NCBI GenBank assembly: GCA_965224025.1
Contig: CBDCYE010000001.1
Location: forward strand, 12,664 to 76,663
Reading direction: 5' to 3'
DNA length: 64,000 nucleotides
Source: Candidatus Multivorans sp.
GTDB lineage: Bacteria > Acidobacteriota > Thermoanaerobaculia > Multivoradales > Multivoraceae
Each line of letters opens with the position of its first letter. Position 1 is the first letter of the stretch. The position numbers and the translations under genes were made by a program. The notes beneath the pieces are model-generated. The model ran no database searches, had not been told where the DNA came from, and saw nothing but the letters and a program-made list of their open reading frames with translations. Shown here in pieces: positions 28,832 to 40,840 of this stretch.

Positions 28832-30185
28832 GGTCCGTAGCGGGGGAGCGTTGCAGGTCCTGGCGGCGGACAGTCGTGCCGGGCGGGAGCGCCTGGAACT
28901 GCTCGACCGGCGGGGCCGGGGCGGTATCGCGGCCGAGATCGGCCATGCCGCCGCGGAGATCATAGGCCGGGTCCGCAGCGGCGGCGACGCGGCCCTTCTC
29001 GAGGCCGTCCGCCGCTTCGACGGCTTCGACGCGCCGTCGGCCGGCGCCTTGCGGCTGGACGACGCCAGCCCGCATCCGGCTTCTGAACGCATCGACCCCA
29101 ACGTACTCACCGCCATCGACCGCGCACGGGCCGCGATCGAGGTCTACCACCGGGCACAGCCGCACGGTCCGGGTGTCCAGCGCCTGGAACGGGACGGCGT
29201 GTCGATCGAGGAGCGCCGGCTGCCGATCCGCCGGGTCGGGATCTACGTGCCGGGTGGGCGGTTCCCCTATTCCTCTACGGTGCTGATGACCGCGGTGCCG
29301 GCACGGCTGGCGGGCGTCGAGGAACTCGTCGTCGCCACGCCGCCCCGGGCCTACCTCGAAAGTCCAGTGCTGCGGCACGTGCTGGACCTGGTCGAAGCGG
29401 ACGAGATCTGGGGCATGGGCGGCGCGCACGGCGTCGCGGCCCTTGCCTACGGCACCGAGTCGGTCCGGGCGGTCGACCTGATCGCCGGGCCCGGGAACGC
29501 CTGGGTAGCGGCCGCGAAGCAGCACGTGGCGGGCGACGTCGGCGTCGACCGCGCCGCGGGTCCGTCCGAGGTCGTCATCGTGCCGACCGACGGCGCTCCG
29601 GCCGGCTGGGTCGCGGCCGACCTGCTGGCGCAGGCGGAGCACGATCCCCTGGCGGTCGCGGTCCTGGTCACGGACTCCGCGGCGCTTGCCGATCGGGTTG
29701 CGTCGGAGGTGGACCGGCAGCTCTCGCTGCTGCCGACCCGAGACACCGCCGCTGCCGCGCTCGAAGCGCACGGCGCGGCGTTCGTCGCGGACGACCTGGA
29801 CGGTGCGCTCGCGCTGGCCGAACGGTTGGCGCCCGAGCATCTGCAACTGATCGGCGCCGCCGCGGAAGCGCGCGCGGACGAGATGCGCAATGCCGGCGCG
29901 GTGTTCGTGGGCGCTTCGTCGCCGGTGGTGTTCGGGGACTACGTGGCCGGACCGAGCCACGTACTGCCCACGGGCGGCACCGCGCGCTTCGCCTCCGGTC
30001 TCGGGATAGAGGATTTCGTGCGGCGTAGTCACACGGTTCGGTTCTCCGATGAGGCCTCGAGGGCCTGGGCCGGCGCCGCCGAGACCCTGGCGGCTACCGA
30101 GGGCCTGGCGGCCCATGCCGCGGCGGCCAGGTTGCGCCTCGGTGGGGGAGTCGGTGGGCAAAACCGCCGGGAGGCCGAGCCATGA
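28824..30185 (+). CDS. hisD: Histidinol dehydrogenase
   Basis: GIYVPGG, GPGNAWV, AGPSEV, LAQAEHD, APEHL, GDYVAGPSHVLPT. Confidence 0.95.
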   Translation: MTEVRSGGALQVLAADSRAGRERLELLDRRGRGGIAAEIGHAAAEIIGRVRSGGDAALLEAVRRFDGFDAPSAGALRLDDASPHPASERIDPNVLTAIDRARAAIEVYHRAQPHGPGVQRLERDGVSIEERRLPIRRVGIYVPGGRFPYSSTVLMTAVPARLAGVEELVVATPPRAYLESPVLRHVLDLVEADEIWGMGGAHGVAALAYGTESVRAVDLIAGPGNAWVAAAKQHVAGDVGVDRAAGPSEVVIVPTDGAPAGWVAADLLAQAEHDPLAVAVLVTDSAALADRVASEVDRQLSLLPTRDTAAAALEAHGAAFVADDLDGALALAERLAPEHLQLIGAAAEARADEMRNAGAVFVGASSPVVFGDYVAGPSHVLPTGGTARFASGLGIEDFVRRSHTVRFSDEASRAWAGAAETLAATEGLAAHAAAARLRLGGGVGGQNRREAEP

Positions 30186-31267
30186 GTGCCTCCGCCCAGG
30201 GCGCCGGCGCCTTCGTCAGGCCCGAGTTCCGCCGCCTGTCCGCCTACTCGCTCGACCGGGTGACATACCGCTACCGGCTCGACCAGAACGAGGCGCCGTG
30301 GGATCTGCCGCGGGCGCTCAAGCGCGAGGCGCTGGCGCGTCTGGCCGAGCGCACCTGGGCCCACTACCCGGACTTCCACGCCGAGCGTCTGCGGCGTCTG
30401 CTCGGTGACCTCAACGACTGGCCGGCGGAGGGCGTGCTGGTCGGAAACGGTTCCGGCGAGCTGCTGACGACTGTGCTCGAAGGCGTCGTTCGCCCCGGCC
30501 AGGAGGTGCTCGCCTGCGAGCCGTGCTTCAGTCTCTACGAGACCTTCGTCCGGCGCGCCGCGGGCGTGCCGCGGTTCCTCGAACCGGCGCCGGACCTGGC
30601 GCTGCAGACCGGCGAACTCCAGGCCGAGATCGGGCGCGACCCGAGGCGGCCGGTGATCCTGTGTACGCCGAACAACCCGACCGGCACGGCGGCGGATCCC
30701 GGCACGGTGGAGCGCCTTCTGGATGCGCTCGAGGCGCCGCTGCTGCTCGACAACGCGTACGGTGAGTTCTGCCGCCACGACTACCGGCCGCTGCTGCGCC
30801 GCCACTCGAACCTGATCGTGTTCCGGACCCTGTCCAAGGCCTGGTCCCTGGGCGGCATCCGCCTCGGCTACCTGCTGGCGGACTCGGAACTGGTGGCGGA
30901 GCTGATCAAGGTCAAGCTGCCCTACAACATCGGTCAAGCGGCGGCGGTGATCGGCGAAGTGGCCGTCGAACACGCCGACCGGCTTCTGCCGCGCGTCGCC
31001 CTGGTGCGGGCGCGCCGGGAGCAGTGGATGGTCATGCTGCGGGAGTTCGGCTTCGAGGTCCTCGACTCGGAGGCCAACTTCCTGCTCGCGCGCCATCCCC
31101 GCTGCGCCGGGATCCGCGACGGTCTTGCCGCCGGGGGTGTGCTGGTGCGCGACGTGAGCCGCTATCCGGGCCTGGCCAACTGCCTGAGGATCGGAATCGG
31201 CGGTGGTCCGGCGCTGCGCGCGACGCGACGCCTCCTGACGGAGATGAACGTGGGAGAGATGCCATGA
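30182..31267 (+). CDS. hisC: Histidinol-phosphate aminotransferase
   Basis: LDQNE, GNGSGE, PNNPTG, DNAYGEF, RTLSKAWSLGGIRLGY. Confidence 0.95.
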   Translation: MSASAQGAGAFVRPEFRRLSAYSLDRVTYRYRLDQNEAPWDLPRALKREALARLAERTWAHYPDFHAERLRRLLGDLNDWPAEGVLVGNGSGELLTTVLEGVVRPGQEVLACEPCFSLYETFVRRAAGVPRFLEPAPDLALQTGELQAEIGRDPRRPVILCTPNNPTGTAADPGTVERLLDALEAPLLLDNAYGEFCRHDYRPLLRRHSNLIVFRTLSKAWSLGGIRLGYLLADSELVAELIKVKLPYNIGQAAAVIGEVAVEHADRLLPRVALVRARREQWMVMLREFGFEVLDSEANFLLARHPRCAGIRDGLAAGGVLVRDVSRYPGLANCLRIGIGGGPALRATRRLLTEMNVGEMP

Positions 31268-31863
31268 GACGAGCGTCCATCGATCGCAAGACGTCCGAAA
31301 CCCATGTCCGTGCCGACCTGTCGCTCGACGGCGGCGCTTGCCGGCTTGATGTGCCGAACGGTTTCTTCTCGCACATGCTGGACGCCCTGACGCGCCACGG
31401 CGGTCTGGGGCTCGATCTGGAAGCCCGGGGCGATACCGACATCGACCTCCACCACACGGTGGAGGACGTAGGGCTGGTGCTTGGCGACGCGCTGCGGGAG
31501 GCCCTCGGCGAGCGCGCCGGAGTGCGGCGCTTCGCCCACGCTTTCGCACCGCTCGACGAGGCGCTGGCGCGCGCCGTCGTCGACCTCTCCGGCCGCGGTT
31601 CCTTCCACTTCCGGCTGCCCGCGGAACTGGAGCAGGCCTGGGTCACGACCGAGTTTCCGCTCACCCTGATGGGTGACTTTTTCGGCGCCTTCGCCGACCG
31701 CGGACGGCTGACGCTGCACCTGGATGTCCTTTGCGGCCGCAATCCGCACCATGTCGCGGAGGCGTCGTTCAAGGCGGTGGCTCTGGCGCTGCGTGACGCG
31801 GTGTCCCTGCGGACGGGAGGCGATGCCGAGGCGCCGAGCACGAAGGGCAGCCTGACGGCATGA
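31264..31863 (+). CDS. hisB: Imidazoleglycerol-phosphate dehydratase
   Basis: RKTSET, HMLD, DLHHTVED, PLDEALA, NPHHVAEASFKA, PSTKG. Confidence 0.95.
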   Translation: MRRASIDRKTSETHVRADLSLDGGACRLDVPNGFFSHMLDALTRHGGLGLDLEARGDTDIDLHHTVEDVGLVLGDALREALGERAGVRRFAHAFAPLDEALARAVVDLSGRGSFHFRLPAELEQAWVTTEFPLTLMGDFFGAFADRGRLTLHLDVLCGRNPHHVAEASFKAVALALRDAVSLRTGGDAEAPSTKGSLTA

Positions 31864-32546
31864 CCGGAGCGGCGAGCAAAGCCCCGGCGAGCAGCGCGAC
31901 GGTGGTCGACGCCGGCGTCGGCAACATCGGCAACCTGGTGCGGGCGCTCCGCCACCTGAGGTCCGAGGTCGAGATCACCTGCGACCCGGCGGTGATTCGA
32001 GACTCTCGCTGCCTGGTGCTGCCGGGCGTCGGCGCCTTCAGGCCGCCGCGCGAGGTACTGCGCGGCGCGGCCGAAGAGGCGATCCGGACCGCGCTCGAAG
32101 GCGGCGCGTACCTGCTCGGCATCTGCATCGGCTACCAGCTCCTGTTCGACAGCAGCGAGGAGTTCGGGATGACGGACGGTCTCGGCTTGCTCGCGGGCCG
32201 CGTCACCGAGCTTCCGGGCGGCGTGCCCCTGCCGCACATCGGCTGGAACCGCGTCTTCGGCACAGCAGACCATCCCCTGCTCGCCGGCGCAGCCGAGGAC
32301 GACCACTACTACTTCGTCCACTCCTTCGCGCCCCAGGACGTGCCGGAGGAGTCCGTGCTGGGCCGCTGCCGGCACGGCCGCAGTTTCCCCGCGATCACGG
32401 GCCGCGGCCGCATCGCGGGTACCCAGTTTCATCCCGAGAAGAGCGGCGCCGCCGGCCTGCGGCTGCTGCGCAACTACCTGACCTGGGCCGAGGACCTGGC
32501 TCACGGGACAGAAGGAGGCGACGGTGCAACTGCTGCCGGCGATTGA
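31860..32546 (+). CDS. hisH: IGP synthase glutamine amidotransferase subunit
   Basis: LPGVGAF, LGICIGYQ, PHIGWN, YFVHS, QFHPEKSG. Confidence 0.95.
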   Translation: MTGAASKAPASSATVVDAGVGNIGNLVRALRHLRSEVEITCDPAVIRDSRCLVLPGVGAFRPPREVLRGAAEEAIRTALEGGAYLLGICIGYQLLFDSSEEFGMTDGLGLLAGRVTELPGGVPLPHIGWNRVFGTADHPLLAGAAEDDHYYFVHSFAPQDVPEESVLGRCRHGRSFPAITGRGRIAGTQFHPEKSGAAGLRLLRNYLTWAEDLAHGTEGGDGATAAGD

Positions 32547-33345
32547 TCTGCGCGGCGGTCAGGTCGTGCGTCTCGAACGCGGCGACGACGGGCGGCGCAC
32601 GGTCTACGACGCCGATCCCGGCAACGCGCTCCGCCGCTACCGCGAGGCCGGGGTGTCCCGCATCCACGTCGTCGACCTGGACGCGGCGTTCGGCGGCGTT
32701 CCCCAGCGCGAACTGGTCGGGGAACTGGCGCGGCAGGCAGCGCCCGGCGGCATCCAGCTCGGCGGCGGCCTGCGCGACCGCGAATCCGTCGAGTGGGCGT
32801 TCGCGGCGGGCTGCGAACGGGCGGTGGTGACCTCCCTGATCGTCCGCGACTTCGACGTGTTCGCCGGCCTCTGCCGCCACTACCCGGGGCGCATGGTGGC
32901 GGCGCTCGACATCGACCGTGGCGAAGTGCGGCTGGCGGGCTGGACCGAATCGGCCGACCGCTCGCCGGCGACGCTGTGCGGGCAACTCGCCGGTCTGCCG
33001 ATCGCGGCGGTGCTGGTCACCGACATCTCGCGCGACGGGATGATGCAGGGTCCCAACATCGACCTGGCCTGCGAGATCGGTGTCATGGCCGGCGCGCCGG
33101 CGATCCTCTCGGGCGGCGTCCGCTCGGCCGCCGATCTGGAAGCCGCGGCCCGGCGGCCCGAACTCGAAGCCGCAATCGTCGGCCGCGCCCTCTACGACGG
33201 CTCGCTCGGCCTGGAAGAGGCAATCACCGCCTGCGCCGGTTCGGCGGACGCCGGCGGGGTCGCCGGCGCACCAGGCGGACCGGACGGTGCCTCGCTTCGC
33301 CCTGGGAACGCGGGCATCCTGCCCGCTTCCGGGAGAACGCCGTGA
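32524..33345 (+). CDS. hisA: ProFAR isomerase with a REP-derived C-terminal tail
   Basis: [42 protein letters not shown]; tail [11 protein letters not shown] encoded by 33301-33333. Confidence 0.93.
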   Translation: MQLLPAIDLRGGQVVRLERGDDGRRTVYDADPGNALRRYREAGVSRIHVVDLDAAFGGVPQRELVGELARQAAPGGIQLGGGLRDRESVEWAFAAGCERAVVTSLIVRDFDVFAGLCRHYPGRMVAALDIDRGEVRLAGWTESADRSPATLCGQLAGLPIAAVLVTDISRDGMMQGPNIDLACEIGVMAGAPAILSGGVRSAADLEAAARRPELEAAIVGRALYDGSLGLEEAITACAGSADAGGVAGAPGGPDGASLRPGNAGILPASGRTP

Positions 33346-34133
33346 GAGCCACCATCGAGCCGACCGGCCTCACCCGCCGCATCATCCCCTGTCTGGACGT
33401 GGCTGCCGGGCGGGTGGTCAAGGGCGTCCAGTTCAAGAACCTGACCGATCACGGCGACCCGACCGAGGCCGCGGCCCGATACGCCGCCGAGGGCGCCGAC
33501 GAGATCGTGTTCCTCGACATCACCGCCGCGCCCGAGCGCCGCGACACGGACCTCGACTGGGTGCGCCGAACCGCCGAGCAGGTGTTCATTCCGCTCAGTG
33601 TCGGCGGTGGCGTGCGTAGCACAGGCGACGGCCGCAAGTTGCTGCTAGCCGGCGCCGACAAGCTGGGGATCAACACCGCCGCGGTCGCCGAGCCCGAGCT
33701 GCTGACGCGTCTCGCCGAGCGCTTCGGGAGCCAGTGCGTCGTGCTCTCGGTCGACGTCAAGCGGCGGCGTGAAGAGGGAGCGGGCGGCCCGCGCTGGGAG
33801 GTCGTCACCCACGGCGGCCGCACGCCGACCGGGCTCGACGCGCTGGAGTGGATCGAGAAGGGAATCGAACGGGGCGCCGGCGAGATCCTGCTCACCAGCA
33901 TCGACAGCGACGGCATGAAGAGCGGCTACGACCTGGAACTGCTGCGGCGGGCGTCGGCGCTGTCGCCGGTGCCGGTCATCGCCTCCGGCGGCGCCGGCAC
34001 CCTGGAGCACCTGGCCGAGGCCCTGGAAACCGAGGCCGCGGCCGTGCTCGCCGCGTCGATCTTCCACCAAAAGGCGTTCTCGGTAGGCGCGGTCAAGGAG
34101 TACCTCGGCCGCCGCTATCCGATCCGTATGTGA
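33342..34133 (+). CDS. hisF: IGP synthase cyclase subunit
   Basis: [46 protein letters not shown]. Confidence 0.96.
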   Translation: MRATIEPTGLTRRIIPCLDVAAGRVVKGVQFKNLTDHGDPTEAAARYAAEGADEIVFLDITAAPERRDTDLDWVRRTAEQVFIPLSVGGGVRSTGDGRKLLLAGADKLGINTAAVAEPELLTRLAERFGSQCVVLSVDVKRRREEGAGGPRWEVVTHGGRTPTGLDALEWIEKGIERGAGEILLTSIDSDGMKSGYDLELLRRASALSPVPVIASGGAGTLEHLAEALETEAAAVLAASIFHQKAFSVGAVKEYLGRRYPIRM

Positions 34134-34154
34134 TGAGGAATCGAGGAGACGCCA

Positions 34155-34187
34155 CTGGGTACGCCGGCGCCCTCGCCGGCATCCGGG
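34155..34187 (+). repeat. REP-like element, compensatory stem variant
   Basis: ctgggtac-gccggcg-ccct-cgccggc-atccggg. Confidence 0.7.
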
Positions 34188-34218
34188 CTGAGACGGCATA
34201 GCAATCAACCGACAAACG

Positions 34219-34890
34219 ATGACGAAGGACAAACAGATGACATCCCCAGCCATCGACCCCGCGGCGCTCACCTACGACGACCGGGGCCTGCTGCCGGTCG
34301 TGGTCCAGGACGTGCTCTCGGGCGCGGTGCTGATGCTCGCCTACGCCAACCGGGAGGCGGTGGAACTCACGCTCGCCACCGGCGAGGCCCACTTCTACAG
34401 CCGCTCGCGGCAGCAGTTGTGGCGCAAGGGAGCGACCTCGGGCAACACACTGGCGGTGGTCGAAGTGCTCCAGGACTGCGACCGGGACGCGCTCCTGGTG
34501 CGGGCGCTGCCGGCCGGTCCGGCCTGCCACAACAACACGAGGAGCTGCTTCGAGCCGAACGCCGCCGAGTTCGAGCTCGGCTGGCTGGCGCGTGTGCTCG
34601 CCGAGCGGGCGTCGGCGTCGCCGGAGGAGAGCTACACCGCCCGTCTCCTCGACCAGGGAGTCGACCGCATCGCGCGCAAGGTCGCGGAGGAGGCGGGCGA
34701 GACCGTGATCGCCGGCGTCCGGGCCGACGCGGAGCCCGAGTCGGCGGAGCGGCGCGCCGATCTCGCGGCCGAGGCAGCCGATCTCACCTACCACCTGCTG
34801 GTGCTGCTGCAGGCGACCGGCGTCGGGATCGCCGGCGTGGCCGCCGAGTTGGGCCGCCGCCATCAGCAAGCCGGGGGAACGCAGCCATGA
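34219..34890 (+). CDS. hisIE: Bifunctional PR-AMP cyclohydrolase / PR-ATP pyrophosphatase (HisIE)
   Basis: GLLPVVVQD, YSRSRQQLWRKGATSGN, DCDRD, ACH, SYTARL, KVAEEAGE, EAADLTYH. Confidence 0.95.
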   Translation: MTKDKQMTSPAIDPAALTYDDRGLLPVVVQDVLSGAVLMLAYANREAVELTLATGEAHFYSRSRQQLWRKGATSGNTLAVVEVLQDCDRDALLVRALPAGPACHNNTRSCFEPNAAEFELGWLARVLAERASASPEESYTARLLDQGVDRIARKVAEEAGETVIAGVRADAEPESAERRADLAAEAADLTYHLLVLLQATGVGIAGVAAELGRRHQQAGGTQP

Positions 34891-36380
34891 GCCGGCCCGC
34901 ATCCGCCATCGCTCACACGCGGGAGTTCCTGGCCGACACGTCGACGCCGCTCGGCGTCTACAGCAAGCTGGCCGCGCATGCGGAGGGCGACTCCGGGGCG
35001 CGGCGCTTCCTGCTCGAGAGCATCACCGGCGGCGAGCACGTGTCGCGCTACAGCTTCCTCGGCGCGAGCCCGTCGCAGGTCTGCCGCGTGTACGTCGACC
35101 GGCTGGAGACCCTTGACCTCCATCGTCGCGGTGAGGTTCAGATCGAGCCCGGCGATCCGCTGCCGAAGCTACGGCGCCTGCTCGACGGTGTGACCGCCGA
35201 TCCGGCGCCGCCGTTGCCGTTTGCCGGCGGCTGGATCGGCGCCTTCGGCTTCGACGCGATCCGGCTCGTCGAGCCGTGTCTGGTCGACCATCCGGCCGGC
35301 CGCCCACCCGACCCGTTCGGCCTGCCGATCGCCACCCTGGCCCGCTTCGACGACGTGCTCGTGTTCGATCACGCCCGCCAGCGGATCGTCGCGGTGGCGA
35401 ACGAGATCACGGGCGAGACGACGGCGCCGGAGGCCGAAGCGCGGCTCGATGAACTGCAGGCGGTCCTCGAGAGCCGCGGCGAGGCCACGGCGGCCCGGGT
35501 CGAGGACCTGGGTGTCAAGGCAGAGACCGCCGCCCCGACGCTGAGCGACGAAGAGTACGGCCGGGCAGTGATGGCGGCGAAGGAGTACATCGCCGCCGGC
35601 GACATCTTCCAGGTTGTGCTGGCGCGCCGCTGGACTCTCGACCTGGACGTGTCGCCGGCGACCCTCTACCGGGCGCTGCGCCTGGTCAACCCGTCGCCGT
35701 ACATGGTGCTCTTCGAGGCGCCCGAGGCGTCGTTGATCGGCGCTTCGCCGGAGATGCTGGTGCGGCGCACGGGGCGGCGCCTGGAGGTGCGGCCGATCGC
35801 CGGCACCCGCCCCCGCGGCAGGACCGCGGCGGAGGACCGCGCTCTGGCCGAGGAACTGATGGCCGACCCCAAGGAGCGCGCGGAGCACGTGATGCTGGTC
35901 GACCTGGGGCGCAACGACCTCGGACGGGTGGCGTCGCCGGGCGGGGTCTCGGTGGCCGACTTCATGGTCATCGAGCACTACAGCGACGTGATGCACATCG
36001 TCAGTTCGGTCGAGGCGGAGCAGTCCGCCGCGGCCGGAAACGGCGCCGGCTCGGCCCTCGATGCTCTCCTGGCCTGCTTCCCGGCCGGCACGCTGTCCGG
36101 GGCGCCGAAGATCCGCGCGGTGGAGATCATCGACGAACTCGAGCCGGAGGCGCGCGGGATGTACGGGGGCTCGGTGGGCTACTTCTCGTTCGGCGGCGAC
36201 ATGGACACCTGCATCACGATCCGCACCCTGACCCTGGCGAACGGCGAGGCCTCGATCACCGCCGGGGCCGGCATCGTCGCCGATTCCGACCCGGTGCGCG
36301 AGGCGCAGGAGACCCGGGACAAGGCCGCGGCGCTGCTGCGGGCGGTGGCGCTGGCGCGTGACCTGGAGGGCCGGGCATGA
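34887..36380 (+). CDS. trpE: Anthranilate synthase component I
   Basis: FLLES, AGDIFQVVL, NPSPYM, PIAGTRPRG, EHVMLVDLGRND, PAGTLSGAPK, AGAGIVADS. Confidence 0.95.
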   Translation: MSRPASAIAHTREFLADTSTPLGVYSKLAAHAEGDSGARRFLLESITGGEHVSRYSFLGASPSQVCRVYVDRLETLDLHRRGEVQIEPGDPLPKLRRLLDGVTADPAPPLPFAGGWIGAFGFDAIRLVEPCLVDHPAGRPPDPFGLPIATLARFDDVLVFDHARQRIVAVANEITGETTAPEAEARLDELQAVLESRGEATAARVEDLGVKAETAAPTLSDEEYGRAVMAAKEYIAAGDIFQVVLARRWTLDLDVSPATLYRALRLVNPSPYMVLFEAPEASLIGASPEMLVRRTGRRLEVRPIAGTRPRGRTAAEDRALAEELMADPKERAEHVMLVDLGRNDLGRVASPGGVSVADFMVIEHYSDVMHIVSSVEAEQSAAAGNGAGSALDALLACFPAGTLSGAPKIRAVEIIDELEPEARGMYGGSVGYFSFGGDMDTCITIRTLTLANGEASITAGAGIVADSDPVREAQETRDKAAALLRAVALARDLEGRA

Positions 36381-36955
36381 TCCTCGTCATCGACAACTAC
36401 GACTCCTTCACCTACAACCTGGTCCAGATGTTCGGCGGTCTCGGCGCCGAACTCGAGGTGGTGCGCAACGATGTCGAGAGCGTGCCGGACCTGCTGGCGC
36501 GCGACTCGGAAGGCATCGTCCTGTCGCCGGGGCCGGGTCGGCCGGAGGACGCGGGAGTCTGCATCGACCTCCTGCGGGCGAAACCCGACGTGCCCCTGCT
36601 CGGCGTTTGCCTGGGACACCAGGCGCTCGGCTCGGCATTCGGCGGCACCGTCAGCCGGGCAACGGTGCTGATGCATGGCAAGACCTCCGAAGTCGAGCAC
36701 GGGGGGGTTGGTCTGCTGTCCGGCCTGCCGTCGCCCTTCGTCGCCACGCGCTACCACTCGCTGGCGGTCGAGGAGGAGAGCCTGCCGGCACAGCTTCAGC
36801 CGCTGGCCTGGAGCGAAGACGGAACGCTCATGGCGATGCGGCACCGGGAACTGCCCTACTGGGGCGTCCAGTTCCATCCGGAGTCGGTGCTCACGCACAC
36901 TGGACCGCAGCTACTTCAGAACTTCCTCGATCTGTGTGGAGAGGCCTATGACTGA
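36377..36955 (+). CDS. trpG: Anthranilate synthase component II
   Basis: IDNYDSFTYNL, SPGPG, GVCLGHQ, RYHSL, QFHPES. Confidence 0.95.
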   Translation: MILVIDNYDSFTYNLVQMFGGLGAELEVVRNDVESVPDLLARDSEGIVLSPGPGRPEDAGVCIDLLRAKPDVPLLGVCLGHQALGSAFGGTVSRATVLMHGKTSEVEHGGVGLLSGLPSPFVATRYHSLAVEEESLPAQLQPLAWSEDGTLMAMRHRELPYWGVQFHPESVLTHTGPQLLQNFLDLCGEAYD

Positions 36956-37988
36956 TCTCGACCTTTCGACCCTGTTGCGAACGGCGATCGCCGGCGAGGA
37001 CCTTCCCGCCACGACAGTGGAGGAGCTGTTCGGCCGGCTGATGGACGGCGAACTGTCCGAGGTGTGGAAGAGCGCGTTCCTGGTTGCGCTGGCGGCAAAG
37101 AGTGAGTCGGTGGGTGAGATCGCCGGCGCCGCACGGGCGATGCGGGCGCGGGCGGCGCGCGTGCCGCACACGAGTTCCGGCGTGATCGACACCTGCGGCA
37201 CCGGCGGCGACGGCCGCGGCACGTTCAACATCTCGACCGCGGCCGCCCTGGTGGCGGCTGCGGGCGGCGCGCGGGTGGCCAAGCACGGCAACCGCGCCGT
37301 GTCGAGCCGCTCCGGTTCGGCGGACGTGCTCGACGCTCTCGGCGTGCAGCTCTCGGGCGACACGGAGGCGCTCGGACGCTGCCTCGACGAGGTCGGCATC
37401 GCCTTCCTGTTCGCGCCGATGCTCCACCCGGCGATGGCCCAGGTCATGCCGGTGCGGCGCGAACTCGGCGTGCGCACGCTGTTCAACGTGCTGGGGCCCT
37501 TGACGAACCCGGCCGGGTCGAAGCGTCAGTTGATCGGCGTCTTCGCGGCCGATCTGGTCGAAGAAGTCGCGCACGTGCTGCGGGAACTCGGAAGCGAGCA
37601 CGCCCTGGTCGTCCACGGCGACGGTCTGGACGAGATCACGACCACCGGGACGACCGGGGTCGCCGAGGTCCGTAACGGCGAGGTCCGCACCTTCGAAGTT
37701 CATCCACGCGACTTCGGGATCGCCGCGGCGTCGCCGGACGACCTGGTCGGCGGCGCCCCCGAGAGGAACGTCGAGCTGATGCGCGGCGTGCTCGATGGCG
37801 GCGGAGGCGCCCTCGCGGACATCACATGTCTCAACGCCGGGGCCGCGCTCTTTGTCGCCGGCAGGGCGGACAGCCTCGCCGCCGGTGTCGCCGCTGCGTT
37901 CGAGGTTCAGCGCTCGGGAGCGGCGGCCAGGAAGCTCGAAGAGCTCGTCGGCTGGGCCGGCTGGGACGACGGAGGCGACGGAGACTGA
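36948..37988 (+). CDS. trpD: Anthranilate phosphoribosyltransferase
   Basis: DTCGTGGDG, FNIST, KHGNRAVSSRSGSAD, RTLFNVLGPLTNP, DGLDEI. Confidence 0.96.
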   Translation: MTDLDLSTLLRTAIAGEDLPATTVEELFGRLMDGELSEVWKSAFLVALAAKSESVGEIAGAARAMRARAARVPHTSSGVIDTCGTGGDGRGTFNISTAAALVAAAGGARVAKHGNRAVSSRSGSADVLDALGVQLSGDTEALGRCLDEVGIAFLFAPMLHPAMAQVMPVRRELGVRTLFNVLGPLTNPAGSKRQLIGVFAADLVEEVAHVLRELGSEHALVVHGDGLDEITTTGTTGVAEVRNGEVRTFEVHPRDFGIAAASPDDLVGGAPERNVELMRGVLDGGGGALADITCLNAGAALFVAGRADSLAAGVAAAFEVQRSGAAARKLEELVGWAGWDDGGDGD

Positions 37989-37992
37989 GGCC

Positions 37993-38922
37993 GTGTCCGA
38001 GGTTCCAGACATCCTGCGGCGCATCTGCGAACAGCGCCGCCGGCGCGTGGCCGTCGCTGTGAACCCGGGCTCCGCCCCTGGGAGCGCGGGCGTCTCGCCC
38101 GCATCCGCCTCCCCCCGCCTCGCCCCCGACGCCCCGGGCCGCCGTTTCCTCGACGCCATCTCCACCCGCCGTGGCCGCGCCGTAGTCGCCGAGATCAAGA
38201 TGGGATCGCCCAAGCTCGGCGACCTCCGCGGCCGCTTCGACCCGGTCGCGCGGGCCGAGACCTACGCCGCTGCCGGCGCGGCCTGCCTGTCGGTGGTGGT
38301 CGAGCCGGACCACTTCTACGGCAGCTACGAGCTGCTCGCCGAATGCACCGCCGCGTCCGGCCTGCCCGCGGTGGCGAAGGACTTCGTGGTCTCCGACATG
38401 CAGCTCGAGTGGGCGCGCGATGCCGGTGCCTCCGCAGTGCTCCTGATCGCCGCCCTCTACGACGCCGCGGAGTTGCGGCGGCTGGCGGCGCTCGCCCGGG
38501 GCTTGGGCCTCGTGCCCCTGATCGAGACCCACGACGACGAGGACTTCGAGAAGCTGGCCCCCCTGGGAGCGCAGGCCGCCAGCCCGCTTCCGGCCCTGGG
38601 AACGCGGGCTTCCAGCCCGCATCCGGGTCGCCCGCAACGCGGCAGTGAGGCCCCAGACTGGGAACTCGTCGGCATCAACAACCGCGACCTGCGCACGTTC
38701 GAGGTCGACCTGGAACGAAGCGCCGACCGCGTCGGCCGCCTCCCGGCGTCGGCTCTCAAGGTCGCCGAGTCGGGGATTCAAACGGGCGCCGATGTCGCCA
38801 GGCTGCGGCAGGCCGGCTTCGACGCCTTCCTCATCGGCGAGCGCCTGGTGCTCTCCGGCGATCCGGCCGCCGCGCTCGCCGAACTACTGGGTGCGCCGGC
38901 AACGTCGAAGGTGACCCCATGA
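37993..38922 (+). CDS. trpC: Indole-3-glycerol phosphate synthase with two in-frame REP insertions
   Basis: [41 protein letters not shown]; inserts at 38077-38107 and 38562-38626. Confidence 0.93.
   Translation: MSEVPDILRRICEQRRRRVAVAVNPGSAPGSAGVSPASASPRLAPDAPGRRFLDAISTRRGRAVVAEIKMGSPKLGDLRGRFDPVARAETYAAAGAACLSVVVEPDHFYGSYELLAECTAASGLPAVAKDFVVSDMQLEWARDAGASAVLLIAALYDAAELRRLAALARGLGLVPLIETHDDEDFEKLAPLGAQAASPLPALGTRASSPHPGRPQRGSEAPDWELVGINNRDLRTFEVDLERSADRVGRLPASALKVAESGIQTGADVARLRQAGFDAFLIGERLVLSGDPAAALAELLGAPATSKVTP
38562..38626 (+). repeat. Two tandem 33-bp REP-like units inside trpC
   Basis: cctgggagcgcaggccgccagcccgcttccggc followed by cctgggaacgcgggcttccagcccgcatccgg. Confidence 0.85.
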
Positions 38923-39556
38923 AGGTCAAGATCTGCGGCGTCACCACGCCCGTCGACGCCCGGCTCGCCGTCGATCTCGGCGCCGACTTCATCGGCCTCA
39001 ACTTCTACCGGCCGAGCCCGCGCTGGATCGACATCGAGCAGGCCGCACAGATCCGGGCTGCCGTCGGGGACCGGGCGCAAGCCGTCGGCATCTTCGTCAA
39101 CCCCACGCGGGAAGAACTCGAAACAGCCGACCGCAGGGTCGGCCTCGACTTCCTGCAGTTCAGCGGCGACGAGAGCCCGGAACTCCTGGCCGAGTTCAAG
39201 GACCGCGCCATCCGCGTGCGGCGCGTCGGCGGCGTGGCCGCCGCGCCGGGCCGGATTCCGGACGAGGACTGCTGGGCGGTCCTGATCGACCGCGCCCACG
39301 ACCGGCTCTACGGCGGTTCCGGCGAAAGCTGGGACTACGCGGCGGCGGCCGATCTCGCTCTGGCGCCGGCCGGCGGCAGGGCGCGCCGGGTCTTCATTGC
39401 CGGCGGCATCGGCCCCGGCAACGTTGCGGAGGTCGTCGCGGCCGTGCCCGGCGCCTACGCCGTCGACACCTGTTCAGGTGTCGAGTCCTCGCCCGGACAC
39501 AAGGACCGCGCCAAGCTGGAGCAACTGTTCGCCAACCTCGCAGAGGGAGCAGCACG

Positions 39557-39560
<4 letters not shown>
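38919..39560 (+). CDS. trpF: Phosphoribosylanthranilate isomerase
   Basis: [47 protein letters not shown]. Confidence 0.95.
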
Positions 39561-40836
<1,276 letters not shown>

Positions 40837-40840
<4 letters not shown>
